Of a DNA stretch of 46,702 nt, positions 12,001 through 23,368 are shown piece after piece (within the stretch, counting starts at the first letter, position 1; every line of letters begins with the position of its first letter). Source of the DNA: Nemertoderma westbladi (lineage: Eukaryota > Animalia > Xenacoelomorpha). A model generated the notes under the pieces. It saw only the letters and a program-made list of their open reading frames with translations. It searched no databases and was not told the origin of the DNA. The stretch spans positions 1 through 46,702 of the forward strand of contig JAUCBJ010008891.1 in NCBI GenBank assembly GCA_032718475.1, read 5' to 3'. Position numbers and translations under genes: made by a program.

Positions 12001-15000
12001 AGATAACCCATGGTGGTGAACAGGGATTCCTTTAGGAAACAAAGTGGAAGAGTTTACTGTGGAAGATCACCCATGGTGGTGAACAGGCATTCCTTTAGGA
12101 AACAGAGTGGAAGGGTTTACTTTGGAGGAATACCCATTGCGGTGAACCGAACAGGCATTCCTTTAGGAAACAGAGTGGAAGAGTTTACTGTAGAAGATCA
12201 CCCATGGTGGTGAACAGGCATTCCTTTAGGAAACAGAGTGGAAGGGTTTACTGTGGAAGATCACCCATGGTGGTGAACGGGCATTTAGGAAACAGAGAGG
12301 GAGGGTTTACTGTGAAAGATCACCCATGGTGGTAAACAGGCATTTAGGAAACATAGTGGAAGGGTTAACTGTGGAAGATCACCCATGGTGGTGAACAGGC
12401 ATTCCTTTAGGAAACATAGTGGAAGGGTTTACTGTGGAAGATCACCCATGGTGGTGAACAGGCATTCCTTTAGGAAACAGAGTGGAAGAGTTTACTGTGG
12501 AAGATCACCCATGGTGGTGAACAGAACAGGCATTCCTTTAGGAAACAGAGTGGAAGAGTTTACTGTGGAAGATCACCCATGGTGGTGAACAGGCATTCCT
12601 TTAGGAAACAGAGTGGAAGGGTTTACTTTGGAAGATCACCCATGGCGGTGAACGGGCATTTATGAAACAGAGTGGAAAGGTTTACTTTGGAAGATCATCC
12701 ATGGCAGTGAACAGGCATTCCTTTAGGAAACAGAGTGGAAGGGTTTACAGTGGAAGATAACCCATGGTGGTGAACAGGGATTCCTTTAGGATATAGAGTG
12801 GAAGGGTTTACTGTGGAAGATCACCCATGGCGGTGAACGGGCATTTATGAAACAGAGTGCAAGGGTTTACTTTGGAAGATCACCCATGGCGGTGAACAGG
12901 CATTCCTTTAGGAAACAGAGTGGAAGAGTTTACTGTGGAAGATCACCCATGGTGGTGAACAGGGATTCCTTTAGGAAACAGAGTGGAAGGGTTTACTTTG
13001 GAAGAACACCTATGGTGGTGAACAGAACAGGCATTCCTTTAGGAAACAGTGTGGAAGAGTTTACTGTGGAAGATCACCCATGGTGGTGAACAGGCATTCC
13101 TTTATGAAACAGAGTGGAAGGGTTTACTTTGGAAGATCACCCATGGCGGTGAACGGGCATTTATGAAACAGAGTGGAAGGGTTTACTTTGGAAGATCAAC
13201 CATGGCAGTGAACAGGCATTCCTTTAGGAAACAGAGTGGAAGGGTTTACAGTGGAAGATAACCCATGGTGGTGAACAGGGATTCCTTTAGGATATAGAGT
13301 GGAAGGGTTTACTGTGGAAGATCACCCATGGCGGTGAACGGGCATTTATGAAACAGAGTGCAAGGGTTTACTTTGGAAGATCACCCATGGCGGTGAACAG
13401 GCATTCCTTTAGGAAACAGAGTGGAAGGGTTTACAGTGGAAGATAACCCATGGTGGTGAACAGGGATTCCTTTAGGAAACAGAGTGGAAGGGTTTACAGT
13501 GGAAGATAACCCATGGTGGTGAACAGGGATTCCTTTAGGAAACAGAGTGGAAGAGTTTACTGTGGAAGATCACCCATGGTGGTGAACAGGCATTCCTTTA
13601 GGAAACAGAGTGGAAGGGTTTACTTTGGAAGATCACCCATGGCGGTGAACGGGCATTTATGAAACAGAGTGGAAGGGTTTACTTTGGAAGATCACCGATG
13701 GTGGTGAACAGCAATTCCTTTAGGAAACAGAGTGTAAGGGTTTACTTTGGAAGATCATCCATGGCGGTGAACAGGCATTCCTCTAGCAAACAGAGTGGAA
13801 GGATTTACTTTGGAAGATCACCGATGGTGGTGAACAGGCATTCCTTTAGGAAACAGAGTGGAAGGGTTTACTGTGGAAGATCACTCATGGTGGTGAACAG
13901 GCACTCCTTTAGGAAACAGAGTGGAAGGGTTTACTTTGGAAGATCACCCATGGCGGTGAAACGAACAGGCATTCCTTTAGGAAACAGAGTGGAAGGGTTT
14001 ACTTTGGAAGATCACCCATGGTGGTCTATAGGCATTCCTTTAGGAAACAGAGTGGAAGGGTTTACTTTGGAAGATCATCCATGGTGGTTAACAGGCATTC
14101 CTTTAGGAAACAGAGTGGAAGAGTTTACTGTGGAAGATCACCCATGGTGGTTAACAGGCATTCCTTTAGTAAACAAAGTGGAAGAGTTTACTGTGGAAGA
14201 TCACCCATGGTGGTGAACAGGCATTCCTTTAGGAAACAGAGTGGAAGGGTTTACTTTGGAGGAATACCCATTGCGGTGAACCGAACAGGCATTCCTTTAG
14301 GAAACAGAGTGGAAGAGTTTACTGTAGAAGATCACCCATGGTGGTGAACAGGCATTCCTTTAGGAAACAGAGTGGAAGGGTTTACTGTGGAAGATCACCC
14401 ATGGTGGTGAACGGGCATTTAGGAAACAGAGAGGGAGGGTTTACTGTGAAAGATCACCCATGGTGGTAAACAGGCATTTAGGAAACATAGTGGAAGGGTT
14501 AACTGTGGAAGATCACCCATGGTGGTGAACAGGCATTCCTTTAGGAAACATAGTGGAAGGGTTTACTGTGGAAGATCACCCATGGTGGTGAACAGGCATT
14601 CCTTTAGGAAACAGAGTGGAAGAGTTTACTGTGGAAGATCACCCATGGTGGTGAACAAGCATTCCTTTAGTAAACAAAGTGGAAGAGTTTACTGTGGAAG
14701 ATCACCCATGGTGGTGAACACGCATTCCTTTAGGAAACAGAGTGGAAGGGTTTACTTTGGAAGATTACCCATTGCGGTGAACCGAACAGGCATTCCTTTA
14801 GGAAACAGAGTGGAAGAGTTTACTGTGGAAGATCACCCATGGTGGTGAACAGGCATTCCTTTAGGAAACAGAGTGGAAGGGTTTACTTTGGAAGAACACC
14901 TATGGTGGTGAACAGAACAGGCATTCCTTTAGGAAACAGAGTGGAAGAGTTTACTGTGGAAGATCACCCATGGTGGTGAACAGGCACTCCTTTAGGAAAC

Positions 15001-18000
15001 AGAGTGGAAGGGTTTACTTTGGAAGATCACCCATGGCGGTGTAACGAACAGGCATTCCTTTATGAAACAGAGTGGAAGGGTTTACTTTGGAAGATCACCC
15101 ATGGTGGTCTATAGGCATTCCTTTAGGAAACAGAGTGGAAGGGTTTACTTTGGAAGATCACCCATGGTGGTTAACAGGCATTCCTTTAGGAAACAGAGTG
15201 GAAGAGTTTACTGTGGAAGATCACCCATGGTGGTTAACAGGCATTCCTTTAGTAAACAAAGTGGAAGAGTTTACTGTGGAAGATCACCCATGGTGGTGAA
15301 CAGGCATTCCTTTAGGAAACAGAGTGGAAGGGTTTACTTTGGAGGAATACCCATTGCGGTGAACCGAACAGGCATTCCTTTAGGAAACAGAGTGGAAGAG
15401 TTTACTGTAGAAGATCACCCATGGTGGTGAACAGGCATTCCTTTAGGAAACAGAGTGGAAGGGTTTACTGTGGAAGATCACCCATGGTGGTGAACGGGCA
15501 TTTAGGAAACAGAGAGGGAGGGTTTACTGTGAAAGATCACCCATGGTGGTAAACAGGCATTTAGGAAACATAGTGGAAGGGTTAACTGTGGAAGATCACC
15601 CATGGTGGTGAACAGGCATTCCTTTAGGAAACATAGTGGAAGGGTTTACTGTGGAAGATCACCCATGGTGGTGAACAGGCATTCCTTTAGGAAACAGAGT
15701 GGAAGAGTTTACTGTGGAAGATCACCCATGGTGGTGAACAAGCATTCCTTTAGTAAACAAAGTGGAAGAGTTTACTGTGGAAGATCACCCATGGTGGTGA
15801 ACACGCATTCCTTTAGGAAACAGAGTGGAAGGGTTTACTTTGGAAGATTACCCATTGCGGTGAACCGAACAGGCATTCCTTTAGGAAACAGAGTGGAAGA
15901 GTTTACTGTGGAAGATCACCCATGGTGGTGAACAGGCATTCCTTTAGGAAACAGAGTGGAAGGGTTTACTTTGGAAGAACACCTATGGTGGTGAACAGAA
16001 CAGGCATTCCTTTAGGAAACAGAGTGGAAGAGTTTACTGTGGAAGATCACCCATGGTGGTGAACAGGCACTCCTTTAGGAAACAGAGTGGAAGGGTTTAC
16101 TTTGGAAGATCACCCATGGCGGTGAACGGGCATTTATGAAACAGAGTGGAAAGGTTTACTTTGGAAGATCACCCATGGCAGTGAACAGGCATTCCTTTAG
16201 GAAACAGAGTGGAAGGGTTTACAGTGGAAGATAACCCATGGTGGTGAACAGGGATTCCTTTAGGATATAGAGTGGAAGGGTTTACTGTGGAAGATCACCC
16301 ATGGCGGTGAACGGGCATTTATGAAACAGAGTGCAAGGGTTTACTTTGGAAGATCACCCATGGCGGTGAACAGGCATTCCTTTAGGAAACAGAGTGGAAG
16401 AGTTTACTGTGGAAGATCACCCATGGTGGTGAACAGGGATTCCTTTAGGAAACAGAGTGGAAGGGTTTACAGTGGAAGATAACCCATGGTGGTGAACAGG
16501 GATTCCTTTAGGAAACAGAGTGGAAGAGTTTACTGTGGAAGATCACCCATGGTGGTGAACAGGCATTCCTTTAGGAAACAGAGTGGAAGGGTTTACTTTG
16601 GAAGATCACCCATGGCGGTGAACGGGCATTTATGAAACAGAGTGAAGGGTTTACTTTGGAAGATCACCGATGGTGGTGAACAGCAATTCCTTTAGGAAAC
16701 AGAGTGTAAGGGTTTACTTTGGAAGATCATCCATGGCGGTAAACAGGCATTCCTCTAGCAAACAGAGTGGAAGGATTTACTTTGGAAGATCACCGATGGT
16801 GGTGAACAGGCATTCCTTTAGGAAACAGAGTGGAAGGGTTTACTGTGGAAGATCACCCATGGTGGTGAACAGGCATTCCTTTAGGAAACAGAGTGGAAGG
16901 GTTTACTTTGGAAGAACACCTATGGTGGTGAACAGAACAGGCATTCCTTTAGGAAACAGAGTGGAAGAGTTTACTGTGGAAGATCACCCATGGTGGTGAA
17001 CAGGCATTCCTTTAGGAAACAGAGTGGAAGAGTTTACTGTGGAAGATCACCCATGGTGGTGAACAGGCATTCCTTTAGGAAACAGAGTGGAAGGGTTTAC
17101 TTTGGAAGAACACCTATGGTGGTGAACAGAACAGGCATTCCTTTAGGAAACAGAGTGGAAGAGTTTACTGTGGAAGATCACCCATGGTGGTGAACAGGCA
17201 TTCCTTTAGGAAACAGAGTGGAAGGGTTTACTTTGGAAGATCACCCATGGCGGTGAACGGGCATTTATGAAACAGAGTGGAAAGGTTTACTTTGGAAGAT
17301 CATCCATGGCAGTGAACAGGCATTCCTTTAGGAAACAGAGTGGAAGGGTTTACAGTGGAAGATAACCCATGGTGGTGAACAGGGATTCCTTTAGGATATA
17401 GAGTGGAAGGGTTTACTGTGGAAGATCACCCATGGCGGTGAACGGGCATTTATGAAACAGAGTGCAAGGGTTTACTTTGGAAGATCACCCATGGCGGTGA
17501 ACAGGCATTCCTTTAGGAAACAGAGTGGAAGAGTTTACTGTGGAAGATCACCCATGGTGGTGAACAGGGATTCCTTTAGGAAACAGAGTGGAAGGGTTTA
17601 CTTTGGAAGAACACCTATGGTGGTGAACAGAACAGGCATTCCTTTAGGAAACAGTGTGGAAGAGTTTACTGTGGAAGATCACCCATGGTGGTGAACAGGC
17701 ATTCCTTTATGAAACAGAGTGGAAGGGTTTACTTTGGAAGATCACCCATGGCGGTGAACGGGCATTTATGAAACAGAGTGGAAGGGTTTACTTTGGAAGA
17801 TCAACCATGGCAGTGAACAGGCATTCCTTTAGGAAACAGAGTGGAAGGGTTTACAGTGGAAGATAACCCATGGTGGTGAACAGGGATTCCTTTAGGATAT
17901 AGAGTGGAAGGGTTTACTGTGGAAGATCACCCATGGCGGTGAACGGGCATTTATGAAACAGAGTGCAAGGGTTTACTTTGGAAGATCACCCATGGTGGTG

Positions 18001-19448
18001 AACAGGCATTCCTTTAGGAAACAGAGTGGAAGGGTTTACAGTGGAAGATAACCCATGGTGGTGAACAGGGATTCCTTTAGGAAACAGAGTGGAAGGGTTT
18101 ACAGTGGAAGATAACCCATGGTGGTGAACAGGGATTCCTTTAGGATATAGAGTGGAAGGGTTTACTGTGGAAGATCACCCATGGCGGTGAACGGGCATTT
18201 AGGAAACAGAGCGGAAGGGTTTACTCTCGAAGGTCACCCATGGTGTTGAACAGGCATTCCTTTAGGAAACAGAGTGGAAGGGTTTACTTTGGAAGATCAT
18301 CCATGGCAGTGAACAGGCGTTCCTTTGGGAAACGGAGTGGAAGGGTTTACTGTGGAAGATCACCCATGGCGGTGAACGAGCATTTAGGAAACAGAGCGGA
18401 AGGGTTTACTCTCGAAGATCACCCATGGCGGTGAACGGGCATTTATGAAACAGAGTGGAAGGGTTTACTTTGGAAGATCAACCATGGCAGTGAACAGGCA
18501 TTCCTTTAGGAAACAGAGTGGAAGGGTTTACAGTGGAAGATAACCCATGGTGGTGAACAGGGATTCCTTTAGGATATAGAGTGGAAGGGTTTACTGTGGA
18601 AGATCACCCATGGCGGTGAACGGGCATTTAGGAAACAGAGCGGAAGGGTTTACTCTCGAAGGTCACCCATGGTGTTGAACAGGCATTCCTTTAGGAAACA
18701 GAGTGGAAGGGTTTACTTTGGAAGATCATCCATGGCAGTGAACAGGCGTTCCTTTGGGAAACAGAGTGGAAGGGTTTACTGTGGAAGATCACCCATGGCG
18801 GTGAACGAGCATTTAGGAAACAGAGCGGAAGGGTTTACTCTCGAAGATCACCCATGGCGGTGAACAGGCATTCCTTTAGGAAACAAAGTGGAAGGAAGGG
18901 TTTACTTTGGAAGATCACCCATGGCGGTGAACAGGAATTCCTTTAGGAAACAGAGTGGAAGGGTTTACTGTGGAAGATCACCCATGGCGGTGAACGGGCA
19001 TTTAGGAAACAGAGCGGAAGGGTTTACTCTCGAAGGTCACCCATGGTGTTGAACAGGCATTCCTTTAGGAAACAGAGTGGAAAGGTTTACTTTGGAAGAT
19101 CACCCATGGTGGTGAACAGGCATTCCTTTGGGAAACAGAGTGGAAGGGTTTACTGTGGAAGATCACCCATGGCGGTGAACGGGCATTTAGGAAACAGAGC
19201 GGAAGGGTTTACTCTCGAAGATCACCCATGGCGGTGAACAGGCATTCCTTTAGGAAACAAAGTGGAAGGAAGGGTTTACTTTGGAAGATCACCCATGGCG
19301 GTGAACAGGCATTCCTTTAGAAAACAGAGTGGAATGGTTCACTGTGGAAGATCACACATGGCGGTGAACAGGCATTCCTTTAGGAAACAGAGTGGAATGG
19401 TTTACTGTGGAAGATCACTCATGGTGGTGAACCGAACTGGCATTCCTT
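3028..19448. repeat. 63-bp satellite array, ~16.4 kb, roughly 260 units, with 59-bp and 68-bp variants
   Basis: Consensus GGCATTCCTTTAGGAAACAGAGTGGAAGGGTTTACTGTGGAAGATCACCCATGGTGGTGAACA repeated head to tail. The 59-bp variant has GGCATTTAGG; the 68-bp variant has GAACAGAACA or GAACCGAACA. Confidence 0.98.
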
Positions 19449-19550
19449 GGCTTAAAGAGCCAAAAAGATTCTTCCATTCAATGTCTTTCGTAAGTGATTA
19501 TTCGTTTTTTTTTACTCTTATATTAAGAAATAACAGTCAATCTCTATATA

Positions 19551-21941
19551 ATGGACAATAGATTTTTCAGCAATGGGCTGGTTATGGACGTAAACCCATT
19601 GAACCTGTCAGATCATGTTCCCGTATCCTCAAACTTCATGTTCCCACTTCAGGGCAGCGCGAGCCCGAAACGTACACCAACAGTCCATCACACACGCACG
19701 GTGAGGTTTGCCTGGAATAGAGCCACCACCGAACAGCTGGCTGAATACAACAAAACTGCGGAGTCTGAAATACAGAAGCTCGATAAATTGTCACCCACTT
19801 ATACTCATCCATTACATTGGACCTACGAAGATCTGGACTGTATAGTTAACCAACTGCAGGGTATACTTTATGATGCCGCTGTCAGGGAAATACCTATTGC
19901 AAAACGCCGCAAACTAACTAAGAACCTCAGAATTCGGTCGGGGCCCCTGCATCTGCTATCCCTAACTACTAGGAAGTTATATAAAGTCTGGGCAAAAGAG
20001 GGAAAGCCAGCGGACAGCGAAATAGGGAGTGCATATAAAGATTCAAAGAGATCCCTACGGCGCACAAGAAACTGGCTGTCCAAGAATCTGGTCGCAAACC
20101 AAGTAAATTCTAAGGCGGGCATACTTAGGACTAACCCTAAGCAATTCTGGCGGTCCTTCAATCCTAAGAATTCCCAAACTATTCCATCTGCGGTTCAAAA
20201 CAAAATTAGAGATAACTTCTTAAATACTAGCAACATATCCGACAGCACATCTATCGAGCAACTCGTTCAGGACCTGGAGAAGCAATGCAAGACCACGGTG
20301 GCTCCTATAATTTCCCCTGCAGCTATACAAAGAGCAGTCAAAGCTTTGTCCCTGGGTAAATCACCTGATCTTCATTCTCTAGTTATTGAACATGTTAATA
20401 ACCTTGACCCGGACCTGATCTGTCCAATTCTCAGTGATGTCATCAACGCGTGTTTCAGATTAGGAAACGTACCTGACACCTTCGGTCTCACCATTATCAC
20501 TAATATCCACAAGGGAAAGTTGCGGGACCCACTTCTAGCATCGTCCTGCCGACCAATTGCGACAGTCAATCTGTTGGCTAAAGTCTATGAATCCCTGATT
20601 CTGAACGAGTTCCTATCAACCCAGATCTTATCTCATCCATCTCAACTTGCATACGAGAAGAAGCTTGGTTCCGACGTCATAATCTCCTCCCTACTGGAAT
20701 GTCTGGAACTCCAAAGACAGCGTGGTCTGCCCGTTTTTCTCTGTCAAGTCGATATAGCGTCGGCATTCGACAACGTGGATCATCTTATTTTATTCCAGAA
20801 ATTAAGCCGTTACATCAACCCTCACACGTGCCTCTCACTGCTTAGATACTACAGTAAAACGTTGGTGTTTCTTAAATTTGGTGATGAGATCAGCTGCTCA
20901 GGTATACCTATACTGAAGGGTGTCAAACAAGGATCCAACATCTCGCCAGTCTTATTCAACTTTTATCTGAGTGACGTCTTTCACGCACTGGACTCTGCTG
21001 GGTACAAACATACAGCTGGGAGCAATTGGATGGATATTATTGCGTACGCCGACGACATATTAGTGCTGGCAAGAAATCCAGAGGACCTCGAAAGAATCCT
21101 ATCCATCATCATCGACAATCTGCGGAATATACATCTGGATATTGCGAGTAGTAAAACTAAATGGACTTACTGTGCCCCCAGCAAAACCAACGTTAGTAAC
21201 GTCAGCATCCCTACCTTCATCACTATTAAGAACACACTCATACCAGGGCAATCTATGCTACTATTCCTTGGATACAAGCTAGAATTCTGGCGACCCAATC
21301 CTCTCGCTGAGTGTATCCGTCTAATCGCCATGGCCTCTGAATCTTTTCACCGGAACGCATGGACCGTCAGGTGGCTCAATACCACTACTCTCGCTCACCT
21401 GTGGAGGTCTGTTGCACTCCCTATAATACTATACAACGCAAAATTCCTGATAGGGCGCTTAACAAAGACCGAGATTGAGAAACTTGAGATTTATTACCGG
21501 AAAACACTAAGGGGCCTACTCCATCTTGGAACATACGCTTCGAATCAGGTGATATACAGCTTAATGGGGTGCCAACCACTTGCTTTCGATGCCTTTACAT
21601 CCTGTATCGGAATTTTATGTCGACTAACATCCTGTCCCAATCCAAATCTACAGTACAACCTTCGCAATATGCTGCAAATCAACACTATGGACACTATGAA
21701 GAGATACGTAGGTATTGGTAGTTTGTACAACCGCTGCAATCTAGAGTTCGCAATGCCAAGTTTAAGTTCCCTTCTTCAACACAGCTACGGTGTTAAAGAA
21801 TTGAAAGCGAGAATTAAATTGGGAACCCTCACGACCATCGAATGCATTAATGCCAGGTACATCGAGGAATGTTACAATCTCAAGAACATATCATTCAAAG
21901 ACAAACACAACAGGATTACTCAATACTTCAATATCGTCTGA
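19551..21941 (+). CDS. Non-LTR retrotransposon (LINE) ORF2 reverse transcriptase, RTE-X-like, 5'-truncated within the APE endonuclease (796 aa)
   Basis: Only the final APE motif (LSDHVPV) remains at the N-terminus. Linker W.K.GKP. RT motifs IHKGK..RPIA, VDIASAFDNVDH, GVKQGSNISPVLFNFY, YADD, FLGY. Clade assignment from remembered motifs only. Confidence 0.85.
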   Translation: MDNRFFSNGLVMDVNPLNLSDHVPVSSNFMFPLQGSASPKRTPTVHHTRTVRFAWNRATTEQLAEYNKTAESEIQKLDKLSPTYTHPLHWTYEDLDCIVNQLQGILYDAAVREIPIAKRRKLTKNLRIRSGPLHLLSLTTRKLYKVWAKEGKPADSEIGSAYKDSKRSLRRTRNWLSKNLVANQVNSKAGILRTNPKQFWRSFNPKNSQTIPSAVQNKIRDNFLNTSNISDSTSIEQLVQDLEKQCKTTVAPIISPAAIQRAVKALSLGKSPDLHSLVIEHVNNLDPDLICPILSDVINACFRLGNVPDTFGLTIITNIHKGKLRDPLLASSCRPIATVNLLAKVYESLILNEFLSTQILSHPSQLAYEKKLGSDVIISSLLECLELQRQRGLPVFLCQVDIASAFDNVDHLILFQKLSRYINPHTCLSLLRYYSKTLVFLKFGDEISCSGIPILKGVKQGSNISPVLFNFYLSDVFHALDSAGYKHTAGSNWMDIIAYADDILVLARNPEDLERILSIIIDNLRNIHLDIASSKTKWTYCAPSKTNVSNVSIPTFITIKNTLIPGQSMLLFLGYKLEFWRPNPLAECIRLIAMASESFHRNAWTVRWLNTTTLAHLWRSVALPIILYNAKFLIGRLTKTEIEKLEIYYRKTLRGLLHLGTYASNQVIYSLMGCQPLAFDAFTSCIGILCRLTSCPNPNLQYNLRNMLQINTMDTMKRYVGIGSLYNRCNLEFAMPSLSSLLQHSYGVKELKARIKLGTLTTIECINARYIEECYNLKNISFKDKHNRITQYFNIV

Positions 21942-22084
21942 GTTACCATCACAGCACGGGATCTAAATAGCATTTCACTGACCTCATCTCGGCATTGCTG
22001 AGCATTTCACCGGGTTCCACCGGAGCTCCTACGGGCTGTAACCTTAATTACATCCAAGGGAAAGGTGGGAAGCACGTAGCTTGC

Positions 22085-23342
22085 TGTACGCGCTTTTGAA
22101 GACCTTTAGCAGTTTAACCTGCCAAATTTATATGTCTTTTGGTTTATAAATAGACTTTAGAAGATGACAAATATTTAATACCAATAAACACAACATTAGC
22201 AGAAGCCAGCCTAGTGCGCGTCCATTCACCCGCTGGATATACCCGGGGGGCTGGATTCTGAGGGCTTAGATTATTATTGCAGTGTAAGCTTACTGTATTG
22301 TATTATTCGATTGATCGTTAATAAATAATTTCTGACTAATATTATTCACTTTTGGGAAATATTAACAGTTCCTTTAGGACGTGGCGCTCTATCTAGGTAA
22401 ACAGAGATATGACTTATACTAATCACAACGGTAAGTCGGTAAGGCTTATGATTCACGTATGAGGCGCATTCTTTAGGAAATGCTTAGTTATCAGTCACAA
22501 TCATGCACACTACCGGTAACACACAATACTGCTTACTAATTTGCCGACCGTCAATGAATTTTATCATATATAAAGCGAACAGCAATTGACTCATGTAGGG
22601 CTTACCAAATAGCATTAAATTCACTACAAACCACAACAATATAAGTCGCAATTGCTATATATAACCCGTCTCTCTAACCTGTAGTGTATCAAGAAAATTG
22701 GGAAATTTGGGTTCTTTATAAATGTTCTCTAAATAATATTCAACCAAACAACAGCAAACCATTAAGACGGTAGGTTAAGATATGATATGACAATGTACTG
22801 ATATGGACCGATATGTGAGTTGTTATGAACCGATAACAGTTATACGCTCTATAATCTTAAGCCTACTAATGTTTCTTCTAAAGTCTGAAACGAATTGACT
22901 CTAGAGCCGTTGTTCCTGGCCTAGATAGCAATAACACAAAGTATCAAGTAAAAACAGTAAGACTGAACACTCTCCTTATGATCGGCCGAAAAGCTACACG
23001 TCGACAGGAAAAATCGCTCTCATTGGCTCAAGCCAAACAAAGAACCATGCGTCCAATGGCTGTTTCCATGTCAGCAACCAGCTGTTAGATGTCGTAATAT
23101 GAATCATCACGGCTAAGCTGTGAAAGGTATTTGGTGCATTGCAGGTTTTTTGCCTTACCATGTCCGCTAAAACACGTATATAGCAGAATGACTTTTATGT
23201 CCGTTAAAACACCTGTAACGGTACCTTGTGGGCGAGGGGAATATATATACAGTTAGAGAACCTTTTTAGAGTATTCCAGCGCCTGGGGGGAAACTGGATT
23301 GCGAAGCAAAGGGGCCAGTTATATCCCACAGAAGCTTTTACA
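22085..23342 (-). repeat. 3' LTR (1258 bp)
   Basis: Direct repeat of 32918-34175 at offset 10833. Differences seen only at 22353/33186, 23021/33854 and 23229/34062. Confidence 0.97.
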
Positions 23343-23356
23343 CCGCTCCCAGAAAA
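23343..23356 (-). promoter_or_regulatory. Polypurine-tract region
   Basis: Minus strand reads TTTTCTGGGAGCGG directly before TGTAAAAG. Conserved in the paralog at 1800-1813. Confidence 0.65.
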
Positions 23357-23368
23357 TGGGATTTGAGT

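Noticed and set aside
3199-19237. Dozens of ORFs encoding RHSFRKQSGRVYCGRSPMVVN repeats
   Set aside because: Artefact of a 63-bp (21-codon) unit with one stop-free frame. The 59-bp and 68-bp variants constantly shift the frame into stops.
3028-19448. CRISPR array or CRISPR-like repeat-spacer system next to an RT
   Set aside because: There are no unique spacers; the whole 63-bp unit repeats. No cas genes, and the context is eukaryotic.
19262-19561. Satellite-derived ORF overlapping the RT start (possible ORF1 or frameshift fusion)
   Set aside because: Mostly satellite translation plus T-rich junction sequence. No ORF1 motifs, and the RT frame has a stop at 19524.
19551-21941. Telomerase, retron, DGR or group II intron RT
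   Set aside because: The residual APE SDH motif and the domain 0-7 layout are those of an APE-type LINE. No template/variable repeat pair or msr-msd is visible.
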